A stretch of DNA of 32,000 nucleotides from Nitrospirota bacterium (GCA_963851345.1 CAWKOO010000001.1:710118-742117), one strand, 5' to 3'; shown: positions 18,131-26,360, numbered from the stretch's first letter. Notes: a model not told the origin generated them from the sequence alone. Numbers and translations: made by a program.

Positions 18131-20115
18131 GAGTGTGCAACTCCTTTGTCCTCCACCAGCTTATTAAACTTGCCGAGAGCCATAAGAGGGAAACAGTTGC
18201 GGTAATTGTGATACCTGATCATGAAGTATTTCGGAAATCCGGTTCCGGTGAAGAACTCCTCTTCCCATGTCCCATCCGGCTGCTGTTTTTTGAGAAGGTA
18301 CTTTATGCCTTTGTGCACTTCCTCGCTGGTACCTTCACCTGCGGCTATCAGCGCCAGGAGGGCCCACGCAGTCTGTGAAGGGGTGCTCCAACCCTGGCAT
18401 TTCAGGTACGCCTTATCATACGATTCACAACACTCTCCCCAGCCGCCGTCAATGTTCTGATGGCTCTTAAACCACCTCACTGTTTTTTGTATATACGGTT
18501 TTGACATGTCTTCCCCGATGGTGCCCAGGCCGACGAGTACTGAACTGGAGCCATAGATGTAGTTTACTCCCCATCTGCCCCACCATGTTCCGTCCTCTTC
18601 CTGCTGCTTCTTCAGGAACCGTATCGCCTTGCGCACAATATCGTGTGATTGCGAAAACCCGACTAATCCGAGGAGCTCCAGGACCCTTCCGGTGAGATCC
18701 GGCGTGCTGGGATCTATCATCGCCTCGAGATCTCCGAACGGCAGTTGGTTTAATATCCCCAGGTTATTGTCCACGTCAAAGGCGCCCCATCCGCCATCCT
18801 TCCCGCGCATTCCAAGTATCCACCGGAGGCCGCTTTGCAGGCTTTCAGGTTTAACAAATGAACGATCAGCGTACCTGTTTAGAAGCATCAATACGACGGC
18901 GGTATCATCCACATCGGGGTACCAGTTATTGTCAAATTCGAATGCCCAGCCTCCCGGGTGAAGATCCGGTCTCTTGACACTCCAATCGCCCTTGCAGAAG
19001 ATCTGTTTCGAGACAAGCCACTTGCAAGAAACGTTAATGGCAGGATGGTCCCTGTCCATACCTGAATGCAGCAGTGCGAGTGCAGTCAATGCCGTGTCCC
19101 AGACAGGAGATATGCATGATTGGAGTATCATCTCATCATCCTTTTCTACTGTAAAGTTTTCAAGGGCCTCAAGTCCTTTTTTGACAGGTTCATATGCTAC
19201 GCCATAGCCTAACGCCGAAAGTGCGAGTATCGCGTTGACCATTGCGGGCTGGATTCCTCCCCAGTCGCCGCTCTGCTCCTGATGCTCGTGCACCCATTGT
19301 TCTGTTTTTTTCAGCGCCTTTTCTCTGAACGGCCTTACCGGCAGGTCCTCTAAGGCTTTTATCAGGTGGTCCAGTATGATAAAAAAACGTTTCCAGGACA
19401 AAGGTGATAGTTTTTGTGTTGTAACCGGCGGCACTTTGCCTGGTTCTATATAAAGTTCACGCACGCTCGTTTTCTCCGGCAAGGGGCGTAAGGGCTTTCG
19501 GTCGAGGACTGCCGAGAGCGGTACAAGCGTAGATCTCGCCCAACTCGAAAAATTGTAAATATTTATGGGAAACCAGGCAGGCAAAAGGTTTATCTCCACC
19601 GGAATAGATGGAATCGCCTTCCAGTCGAACTCTCCAAAAAGTGCGAGGAAGATTTTTGTGAAAACTCTCGAAGCCTCAATTCCCCCTGATTCGAGGATGA
19701 AAGCCCTGGCTTTTCTCAGTGGGAGGTCATCAGCTGAAAAGCCGGCAAGTTTAAGCGCAAAGTAGGCCTCGACTGTTGTGCTGAGGTCTCCATTACCGCC
19801 CCAGTGTATGGCCCATGTGCCGTCGATCCTCTGGTTTTTTAATATGTGTTGTGCTATTTTTTTATCTCGGGCGGCATCTTTCAAGCCAAGGAAATGAAGG
19901 AGCATTAAATATTCGGCAGTAATGGTGACATTTGATTCCAGTTCGTACAGCCAGTAGCCGTCTTTATGCTGCTCCTCTATATAATATGCATGGCTTTTCC
20001 GTATGGCTTCGCTTACCCTGTCAGCCAGTCTTTTTGAAGTTAAACACGGAAGCTTTTTCTCCTCTGGTTTCGCAGGCAGTGACCTGAATTGAAGCCGCGA
20101 TAGTGTCCCGCTCAT
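18127..20115 (-). CDS. shc: squalene-hopene cyclase
   Basis: The catalytic DxDDTA motif (YPDVDDTAVV) is present. Multiple QW repeats occur (QxxDGxW / QxxDGGWG, e.g. QRIDGTWA, GKDGGWGAF, QNIDGGWGE, QQPDGTWEE). Confidence 0.95.
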   Translation of the reverse strand: MSGTLSRLQFRSLPAKPEEKKLPCLTSKRLADRVSEAIRKSHAYYIEEQHKDGYWLYELESNVTITAEYLMLLHFLGLKDAARDKKIAQHILKNQRIDGTWAIHWGGNGDLSTTVEAYFALKLAGFSADDLPLRKARAFILESGGIEASRVFTKIFLALFGEFDWKAIPSIPVEINLLPAWFPINIYNFSSWARSTLVPLSAVLDRKPLRPLPEKTSVRELYIEPGKVPPVTTQKLSPLSWKRFFIILDHLIKALEDLPVRPFREKALKKTEQWVHEHQEQSGDWGGIQPAMVNAILALSALGYGVAYEPVKKGLEALENFTVEKDDEMILQSCISPVWDTALTALALLHSGMDRDHPAINVSCKWLVSKQIFCKGDWSVKRPDLHPGGWAFEFDNNWYPDVDDTAVVLMLLNRYADRSFVKPESLQSGLRWILGMRGKDGGWGAFDVDNNLGILNQLPFGDLEAMIDPSTPDLTGRVLELLGLVGFSQSHDIVRKAIRFLKKQQEEDGTWWGRWGVNYIYGSSSVLVGLGTIGEDMSKPYIQKTVRWFKSHQNIDGGWGECCESYDKAYLKCQGWSTPSQTAWALLALIAAGEGTSEEVHKGIKYLLKKQQPDGTWEEEFFTGTGFPKYFMIRYHNYRNCFPLMALGKFNKLVEDKGVAHS

Positions 20116-20576
20116 CAGGAGTTCCTTCCCTTGGCGGGACTGTGTGTTCCGCCACTGTTTATGCTCTGCTGATACGTGGCCGCCCCGTTCTCTTCTGATC
20201 GCTGCCGGCTATCGAGCGCTACGAGAATGATGCCCAGAGTGATTACGACAGTTCCGGCCCAGCGAAACCAGGATAGTTCCTCCTTCAGCACAAATCTGGC
20301 AAGCAGTGCAGCAAAAATATATGACACAGCTGTTAACGGCATGACAAAGCTGAGATCGGCCCACGAGAGGGCGGCGAGGTAGAGAAAGAAAAAAAAGGCC
20401 AGGAAAACTACTCCGGCTAACACATAGGGGTTACGGATTACCGATAGTATCAGGTTGCCCCACTGTGCAGGTACAGCAAGGTCTACCTGCCCGTTCCTCT
20501 TCATTCCGTAGCTTAATAATGATTCACCTATTGCGGCACTCAAGGTCGCCAATAATATCACGATAAATGTTTTCAC
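20115..20576 (-). CDS. half-size DMT/EamA-type membrane protein (4-5 TM) embedded in the hopanoid operon
   Basis: The translation shows a single EamA-like repeat (LLATLSAAIGESLLSYGMK ... WAGTVVITLGIILVAL). The stop overlaps the shc ATG by 1 nt. The GTG start overlaps the hpnK 3' end by 53 nt. Confidence 0.65.
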   Translation of the reverse strand: MKTFIVILLATLSAAIGESLLSYGMKRNGQVDLAVPAQWGNLILSVIRNPYVLAGVVFLAFFFFLYLAALSWADLSFVMPLTAVSYIFAALLARFVLKEELSWFRWAGTVVITLGIILVALDSRQRSEENGAATYQQSINSGGTHSPAKGRNS

Positions 20577-21462
20577 TGCATCTCCTTTTTGCCGTTAAGA
20601 TTTTTTTTGGTGCGGTGAAATCCTTGTACCCGACCGGTAATTTATGTAATTCTTTTATAAGATTGCACACTCTGGATGAGACTAGCGCTGCCAGTTCCCG
20701 CCGGCCGGCGGGTGTAGCAGTATCCGGGTGAGTGAATATTTCACTAATCTCTGTACCGGTAAGCTCCAGAATATCAAGAAAAAACTGCTCATCAATGTTT
20801 CCGCTGCATGAAAGACCGCAAACACGTGCGGCACTGAGCATCCCGTATTTACGGGCTGTCGCGGCGTTGTATTTTCCGAGAATTCCGAAGACCGCCCATT
20901 CGACAAAGGGGAGGGACCCGCGCGAGGGAGAACGAAATGCCTTGACCATTGAAAGCGACTCGTTCGGCAGCCTGATCCAACAAATGTCTCTCCGGGAGGC
21001 CTGCCGGCAAAGCAGTTCGAAAATAACCGGGTGCATGTGAAGATGATGATGGCCATCCACATGGTGAGGGCGGATTCCGGCCCTCTCAAGGCGCTCGAAC
21101 TGAGCCGCCACTTCAGCCTCGAGCTGTGCGAGAAGGCCTGGTCGCGTATAGTGCAGTCCCGCACTAAAAGGATCTTTGATGAAGTTACCGTCATGATCGG
21201 TAATATCCGGAATAGACGCGTGGGGCAATACAGCTTTGCCGTCGCAAAGTGTCAGGTGCAGCCCTGTCGAGAGCCGGCTGCGTTCAAGAGCGGTATGCAC
21301 CGCATCATCAAAGGCCTCTCCCCCTGCCATAATGCTTGCGGCAGTCAGTATCCCCTTATCATGGGCTTCGGCGATTGCCCGGTTGACCGATTCTGATTTG
21401 CCCATATCATCGGCAACAATAACCACACAGCCCTTACCCTGAAAATTCATATCGGATATCAT
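20524..21462 (-). CDS. hpnK: hopanoid biosynthesis-associated YdjC-like deacetylase
   Basis: The YdjC N-terminal motif is present (VVIVADDMGKSESVNRAIAEAHDKGILTAASIMAGG), and a His-rich metal site reads HVDGHHHLHMHP. The start shares 1 nt with the hpnJ stop. Confidence 0.85.
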   Translation of the reverse strand: MISDMNFQGKGCVVIVADDMGKSESVNRAIAEAHDKGILTAASIMAGGEAFDDAVHTALERSRLSTGLHLTLCDGKAVLPHASIPDITDHDGNFIKDPFSAGLHYTRPGLLAQLEAEVAAQFERLERAGIRPHHVDGHHHLHMHPVIFELLCRQASRRDICWIRLPNESLSMVKAFRSPSRGSLPFVEWAVFGILGKYNAATARKYGMLSAARVCGLSCSGNIDEQFFLDILELTGTEISEIFTHPDTATPAGRRELAALVSSRVCNLIKELHKLPVGYKDFTAPKKILTAKRRCSENIYRDIIGDLECRNR

Positions 21463-22886
21463 CAGTTTGAAACCGCCTCTTTCCTTTTTGCCATAAAAGA
21501 GAAGAATTCTCTGCCCTCTCTGATCCGCCTGCTGAATTCGTGCTTGTCCTGAAGCATTTCTTTCAATATCCTCAGGATTGGCCGCGGTCTCAGGTAAAAA
21601 CGACGGTAAAAACGCTCTACTGACTCGAACAATTCTTCGCTGGAAATCGATGCATATGACAATGTTGAATTCTGAATGCCATTGCTGACCAGCGGATCTC
21701 CCTCGCCCGAAAGCCAGCCCTCACGCAGCGCCTGTGCATACAATTCCGTGCCGGGATAGGGCGCTACAAGCGATACCTGTATGCTGTAAGGGTCCAGCTC
21801 AAGTGCAAAGCGCATGGTATTTTCGATGGTCTCTGCAGTTTCACCCGGCAATCCCAAAATGAAGGCGCCATGGACCAGGATGCCGAGATCTTTCGTGGCT
21901 TTGACAAATTCCTTTATCCGGTCGATTCTGGTCCCTTTTTTTATATTGTTCAAAATTTGCTGGTTACCGGATTCGATTCCCACGGTAAGCAGCCGTAATC
22001 CGCTTTCCTTCAGCACCCGCAGCGTATCTTTCTGAACATTGGCCCTGGCATTGCATGACCAGGTGATCCCCAGGTTCTTGAACTTCCTGGCGATTTCCAT
22101 TGCACGGGAAGGATTGTCGGTAAACGTGTCGTCATCCAGGAAAAATTCCTTGGCCTGGGGGAACAGACGTTTTGCATTCACCATTTCATCATATACATTT
22201 TCAGGGCTCCTCACCCGGTAGACATGACCTGAAATCGTCTGAGGCCAAAGGCAATATGTACAACGTGCCCCGCAGCCGCGGCCAGTGTAGAATGAAACGT
22301 AAGGATGCTTCAAATATCCATTATAATACTGTTCTATTACAAGGTCTCGTGCATAAATATCCGTAACGAAGGGGAGGGAGTCGAGGTCCTGTAACGGCGG
22401 ACGGTTTTCTGTTCGCTTTATTTTGCCGTTTTCGCGGTATGCGACACCATCCACCCGATGAAAGGGAATGCCTTTTGCTATTTCCGCTACCGCATAATCG
22501 AATTCGCCTGTGGTGACAAAATCAATAGCTGCAGACCTTTTCAGTGTATCTTCCGGAAGGACTACAGTGTGGGGGCCGACAAACCCTATTCTGATGCCGG
22601 GGTAATGCTCTTTCAATAGTTCCGCTATGGTGATGTCGTTAACAATGGTCGGCGTACTTGTATTTATAACAATGAGATCATACCCTCGCGCCTGCTGAAC
22701 AACCTCTTTGATTCCCATATCGGCAGGGGGGGCATCGATGAGACGGCTTCCAGGGATGAGCCCTGCCGGATATGCAAGCCATGTGGGGTACCAAAAGGAA
22801 CGTATCTCACGACGCGCCTGGTATCGGGAACCGGCTGCCCCGTCAAACCCGCCATAAGAAGGGGGATTCAGTAATAGTGTGCGCAT
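21462..22886 (-). CDS. hpnJ: hopanoid biosynthesis-associated B12-binding radical SAM protein
   Basis: The N-terminus MRTLLLNPPSYGGFDGAAGSRYQARREIRSFWYPTWLAYPAGL matches the HpnJ signature as I recall it. The radical SAM cluster reads GRGCGARCTYC. AGAGGAGA lies upstream of the ATG. Confidence 0.88.
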   Translation of the reverse strand: MRTLLLNPPSYGGFDGAAGSRYQARREIRSFWYPTWLAYPAGLIPGSRLIDAPPADMGIKEVVQQARGYDLIVINTSTPTIVNDITIAELLKEHYPGIRIGFVGPHTVVLPEDTLKRSAAIDFVTTGEFDYAVAEIAKGIPFHRVDGVAYRENGKIKRTENRPPLQDLDSLPFVTDIYARDLVIEQYYNGYLKHPYVSFYTGRGCGARCTYCLWPQTISGHVYRVRSPENVYDEMVNAKRLFPQAKEFFLDDDTFTDNPSRAMEIARKFKNLGITWSCNARANVQKDTLRVLKESGLRLLTVGIESGNQQILNNIKKGTRIDRIKEFVKATKDLGILVHGAFILGLPGETAETIENTMRFALELDPYSIQVSLVAPYPGTELYAQALREGWLSGEGDPLVSNGIQNSTLSYASISSEELFESVERFYRRFYLRPRPILRILKEMLQDKHEFSRRIREGREFFSFMAKRKEAVSN

Positions 22887-22968
22887 TTTTCTCCTCTTGT
22901 TTCATATGAACTGCCTGTTAAAAGTGCAAAAGATCCAAATCACATACTACAATAATTTATTATAACAC

Positions 22969-22977
22969 ACTGTTTTT
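22969..22977 (-). promoter_or_regulatory. candidate extended -10 promoter element (TGTTATAAT) for the hopanoid operon
   Basis: The reverse complement of attataaca (22969-22977) is TGTTATAAT, about 80 nt upstream of the hpnJ ATG. The -35 is weak. This rests on sequence pattern only. Confidence 0.3.
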
Positions 22978-23134
22978 TGCAAGTTTAAGAATCCCCTCTG
23001 TCAATTTGTTGGCCCGGAAGCGGGCCGGATCTTTGAAAGTCGGCAACCACGGCAGTATGACGGAGCGTGAGATCAAAAGTATTTTATGGTATTATTTAAA
23101 ATATCTGAAGATATAAAGGAATAGATACTGCTTT

Positions 23135-23902
23135 ATGGGAGGAATGACTGTGAAGGGACTTCGTATCCTGCTAATCATGATCATTTTGTTATCAATGGCA
23201 GCGACTGCCCGGTCGCAGACACCGTTCACCGGTCTTTTGGGTGAAAAGGGGAATGCTGTCGGAAATGAGAACGAAACAGAACAACTCTCTGAAGGAGAAA
23301 CCATCCCTGATCCTCTAGAGCCGTGGAACCGTTTGGCTTTTAAATTTAATGACCGATTGTACTTCTGGGTCATGAAACCGGCAGCCCGCGGCTACAACGC
23401 GGTGGTGCCCGAGGTAGCAAGGACCTCGATAAATAATTTTTTCCTCAATCTTGAGATGCCTGTAAGGTTTGTGAATGCCATTCTTCAGGGACAGCCGAAG
23501 GCAGCCGGGATAGAACTGGTCCGCTTCACCCTGAACAGTTCAATGGGCATCGGCGGTCTGATTGATATAATGAAACGGAACCCCAACTTTCAGCCTCAGC
23601 AGAAGGATACGGGTCAGACACTTGGAAAGTATGGCATAGGAAATGGGCTATATATAGTCTGGCCTTTTTTGGGCCCGTCAACCTTGAGGGACACTGTTGG
23701 CTTTGTCGGCGACGGATTCCTGACGCCAATCGATTATATAACGCCGGTCGAGGATGTGTTGGAACTCGACGTATATGAATATTTCAATAAAACGTCATTG
23801 CATATTGGTGAATACGAGGATTTTAAGGAAGCTGCCATCGACCCTTATATCGCTCTCAAAGATGCGTATCTCCAGCACCGTAAATATATGCTCGGCCGTT
23901 AG
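23135..23902 (+). CDS. mlaA: MlaA/VacJ-family outer-membrane lipid-asymmetry protein
   Basis: The blocks DPLEPWNRLAFKFNDRLYFWVMKPAARGYNAVVPEVARTSINNFFLNLEMPVRFVNAILQG are typical of VacJ. The true start is probably the GTG at 23150 (GGGAGG 7 nt upstream), giving MKGLRILLIMIILLSMAATA. No lipobox Cys is visible. Confidence 0.85.
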   Translation: MGGMTVKGLRILLIMIILLSMAATARSQTPFTGLLGEKGNAVGNENETEQLSEGETIPDPLEPWNRLAFKFNDRLYFWVMKPAARGYNAVVPEVARTSINNFFLNLEMPVRFVNAILQGQPKAAGIELVRFTLNSSMGIGGLIDIMKRNPNFQPQQKDTGQTLGKYGIGNGLYIVWPFLGPSTLRDTVGFVGDGFLTPIDYITPVEDVLELDVYEYFNKTSLHIGEYEDFKEAAIDPYIALKDAYLQHRKYMLGR

Positions 23903-24117
23903 CCAAGTTTAAACAAGCCTTTCTCGCTTGTTCTCAACAATTGCCCTTTTTTTGCAGGCTCCATTGTTAATCTTTAAATTCAATGAGTTGCTGTCCTTAC
24001 TTGCCTGATCGGAAATGAACTGCTCAAGTTTACTTAGAAGTCGCCGATAATTAAAGCAGCCGATAACAGAGCCTTAATGGGATAGAGTGCTAAATTTATA
24101 GCAAAAGGAGAAATGCA

Positions 24118-24441
24118 ATGCAAATCCCTGCAAACGCACCACCAGCATACGGGAGCGGCATAGCCGGTGTAAATTCATCAAAACAAACAACGGCAACACA
24201 GGAGCAAAAAGGGGACACCGTAGAGCTTTCGCCTTACGCCAGGGCCAAAAATCTCAAGCAACAGGGAGCAAGCAATTCCGTGATTGCCGCCCAACTGGGC
24301 CTGGATGCTAAAACTGTAAACAGTTATTTTGGGCCCCCGACTGTTACAGCAGCGACAACTCCTCAGCCTTACAGTCCTGTGCAGGAAGCAGTACAACACA
24401 CTGTCGTGAAAGAACTGGCGGCGACTCAGACGAAGAAATAA
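24118..24441 (+). CDS. small hypothetical protein with an HTH-like central segment
   Basis: AAGGAG at 24105-24110 sits 7 nt before the ATG. A terminator hairpin lies downstream. The segment QGASNSVIAAQLGLDAKTVNSYF resembles a helix-turn-helix, and both ends are low-complexity. I could not assign a family. Confidence 0.5.
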   Translation: MQIPANAPPAYGSGIAGVNSSKQTTATQEQKGDTVELSPYARAKNLKQQGASNSVIAAQLGLDAKTVNSYFGPPTVTAATTPQPYSPVQEAVQHTVVKELAATQTKK

Positions 24442-24470
24442 AATAAGTATAGGTTTTAAAATGCGGACCA

Positions 24471-24502
24471 ATGGATATGTCCAAAAGGCATATCCATTTT
24501 TT
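24471..24502 (+). terminator. rho-independent terminator
   Basis: The stem atggatatg (24471-24479) / catatccat (24489-24497) has a 9-nt loop and is followed by a T-run to 24502. Confidence 0.7.
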
Positions 24503-24589
24503 ATTTGCTGTGTTTTCCGTCGTAAAAGCGGGGGGTATATCAAAAGCCCAATCCACATATTATACCACTGCCTATAAAATCTTAATAGC

Positions 24590-24618
24590 TTTACAAGTCA
24601 TTAAAAGTGAGGTATGCT
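24590..24618 (+). promoter_or_regulatory. candidate sigma70-type promoter (TTTACA-N17-TATGCT)
   Basis: tttaca at 24590-24595, a 17-nt spacer, then tatgct at 24613-24618. It lies directly upstream of the structured ORF-free region. Confidence 0.3.
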
Positions 24619-24644
24619 TAAAATGAAAGAAGGGAATAAGAAAT

Positions 24645-24954
24645 CCCTGAGACGGCAAGCCCGAAGAAACGAAAACAGTAAGGGAGCGGGTGAAGGATGT
24701 CGTGAGCAAGCCCCCGGAAGCGAGGGGGGAGCCTGAAGCATCCGCCAAAGCCCCAATGTAGAAAAAAGCTTGGGTAAGCGTCTCAGGGAAACTTTCTTAG
24801 AGCCATACAAATATAAGGCAACATGCCGGCGTTCTGGTTGCAGTTAAGGAGTGCCAAACGTTAAGACATCGGGCCTATCCAATGAAAATTGGGAAAAATG
24901 TATGGCTCTATTTATTTTCTCCCTGGTAATCAGGACACATCCCCTGAGTTTCCC
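24645..24954 (+). ncRNA. candidate structured non-coding RNA of unknown class (strand assignment tentative)
   Basis: The 539-nt gap has no credible ORF. Closing helix 1 pairs ccctgagacg (24645-24654) with cgtctcaggg (24779-24788). Closing helix 2 pairs tagagccataca (24798-24809) with tgtatggctcta (24899-24910). There is a GNRA hairpin ccaat-GAAA-attgg (24879-24892), and a nested hairpin ggatg...ccccc-ggaagcga-ggggg...catcc (24695-24743). Confidence 0.35.
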
Positions 24955-24980
24955 GGTTAGCGCCATTCTACTATTGCCCT

Positions 24981-25616
24981 TTACCTTAGGATACGGCTGA
25001 AAAAGGACAGTCGCCGCGTATCGACACCCTGATACCGTCCCTGCCTGAGGAGATGGATGAAATTGTCGTAAGTCACTTCATCGTCAAATTCGGTGTAACA
25101 CGATCCCACCTCTCCCGGGGAATGAGCGTCGGACCCTCCGGTATAGGGAAGATTACGGTTTTTTGCCGCTTCCACAGCCTGCGCATTGTATAAGGGCATG
25201 TTACAACCGTTGTGTCCCTCTAGTGCGCAAATGCCCTCCACTGTTAGAATCAGGTCTCCCAGGCTGGTCCCCTTTCGGTACGGATGGGAAGGAATGACCA
25301 CGCCCCCTGCTTTATTTACAATGCTGATCACCTCTTCCACTGGCGCGTGTTTTGACAGCAGGCTGTCGGTGTCAGTCCCGAAAATAAGGCAGTGTCCTTC
25401 AGCGCTTGAGTACTCCACGCCCCTGAAAATACGGACCGTGCCACTGTACTTTTCCTTTAGCCCCTCGATGTATCCGGAAGCTGCGTAGGAGTAATGTTCC
25501 GTAAAAGCGAGGCCGTCGAGTTTCATCTCGATGGCGCGGAGCACCATCTCTTCGGGATCGGCGCAGTTGTCCTCACTGTACAATGAATGAACATGCAGAT
25601 CCACCCTGAATTTCAT
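24981..25616 (-). CDS. PHP-domain metal-dependent phosphoesterase
   Basis: The N-terminal DLHVHSLYS motif is present, along with FTEH and SHP, and GGSDAH near the C-terminus. Together these are the classic PHP His/Asp ligand set. Confidence 0.85.
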   Translation of the reverse strand: MKFRVDLHVHSLYSEDNCADPEEMVLRAIEMKLDGLAFTEHYSYAASGYIEGLKEKYSGTVRIFRGVEYSSAEGHCLIFGTDTDSLLSKHAPVEEVISIVNKAGGVVIPSHPYRKGTSLGDLILTVEGICALEGHNGCNMPLYNAQAVEAAKNRNLPYTGGSDAHSPGEVGSCYTEFDDEVTYDNFIHLLRQGRYQGVDTRRLSFFSRILR

Positions 25617-25714
25617 CTTAACATAATAACCCGATTGACCCTATAACTACAAAAGGGGAAGGCCGGCAGGGGCTTTTTTTACAGGGGATTTATTTATCAC
25701 CTTGTCCCCCGATC

Positions 25715-26176
25715 TCAGGCGTTATGGCATAATATAAATAAAAAGGAAACTAATCGTCCGATGGGACACTGCACCGCATTATCAAAAACTCGAAAACTTC
25801 CCGCACCACAGACATCTGTCTTTTCGATATGTTCTGCTACAATTTTACTACATTCGGGCTGAGCTATTTCAAATCCAGAAATTCTTTTAGAGAGCCTTCC
25901 TAATTTCTTCAAAATGAGTGATTGCTCGACAGTTGAAATGGCAGTCTTAAGAACTGATGGCTTTAACAGACCGGCCTCCTGCCAATTCGTTATAAGACAT
26001 TCGCCGATGCCGATAGTTTTTGCGATCTGGCTCGTGATTGCCATAATGACCGCATCATGAGACGTATTGTTATAGGAGTTTGCGCTGATGACTACTGCTG
26101 GCCGTTTCTTAAGATCGGTCTGGTTGCTGAAAGGGAAAGGAACAAGTACAACATCTCCCTTTTCATAGGCTGTCAT
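25715..26176 (-). CDS. PemK/MazF-family type II toxin with an atypical C-terminal extension
   Basis: From the ATG at 26176 the translation reads MTAYEKGDVVLVPFPFSNQTDLKKRPAVVIS...ITSQ...AGLLKPSVLK...LGRLS, a MazF/PemK layout. The start overlaps the upstream antitoxin by 14 nt. About 30-40 extra C-terminal residues have no family features. Confidence 0.75.
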   Translation of the reverse strand: MTAYEKGDVVLVPFPFSNQTDLKKRPAVVISANSYNNTSHDAVIMAITSQIAKTIGIGECLITNWQEAGLLKPSVLKTAISTVEQSLILKKLGRLSKRISGFEIAQPECSKIVAEHIEKTDVCGAGSFRVFDNAVQCPIGRLVSFLFILCHNA

Positions 26177-26360
26177 AGACAGCATCCTCGTTATTATTCC
26201 ATATTTTTTCAAATGCTGGACTTGAAAGTTCCAGTGATGCTTTGGCAAGGAGAGTTTTTTCTTTTTTTGTTTCTAGAAATTGGATAAAGTCAAAAACCTC
26301 TGCAAGAAGATTCTCCGGCAGCTTATCGATCTCGTTTTTGATCATATCTTTAACGGACAT
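26163..26360 (-). CDS. DUF2281-like antitoxin
   Basis: The segment KNEIDKLPENLLAEVFDFIQFLETKKEK is the typical DUF2281 N-terminal helix. AGGAGG lies upstream of the ATG at 26360. The gene is translationally coupled to the MazF-like gene. Confidence 0.7.
   Translation of the reverse strand: MSVKDMIKNEIDKLPENLLAEVFDFIQFLETKKEKTLLAKASLELSSPAFEKIWNNNEDAVYDSL

Noticed and set aside
20682-21194. 170-aa - strand ORF in an alternative frame of hpnK
   Set aside because: It lies on the same strand but out of frame with a gene carrying clear YdjC motifs, and it is Arg/Ser/Pro-rich with no motifs.
24601-24810. 69-aa - strand ORF in the ORF-free structured region
   Set aside because: It has no RBS and a Pro/Leu/Ser/Arg-rich composition. 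It is made of the G+C-rich helices of the candidate RNA, so it is most likely an artefact of the palindromic sequence.
24645-24954. Identifying the structured region as RNase P RNA, tmRNA, SRP RNA, or a TPP or cobalamin riboswitch
   Set aside because: The diagnostic cores are absent on both strands. There is no GAGGAAAGUCC (P4) block, and no GGGG...UUCGAC 5' end with a T-loop/CCA 3' end. The SRP motif GGAAGCAGCC with its symmetric loop is missing. There is no CUGAGA...ACCUGAUCUGGAUAAUGCCAGCG and no B12 box. The class is therefore left unknown.
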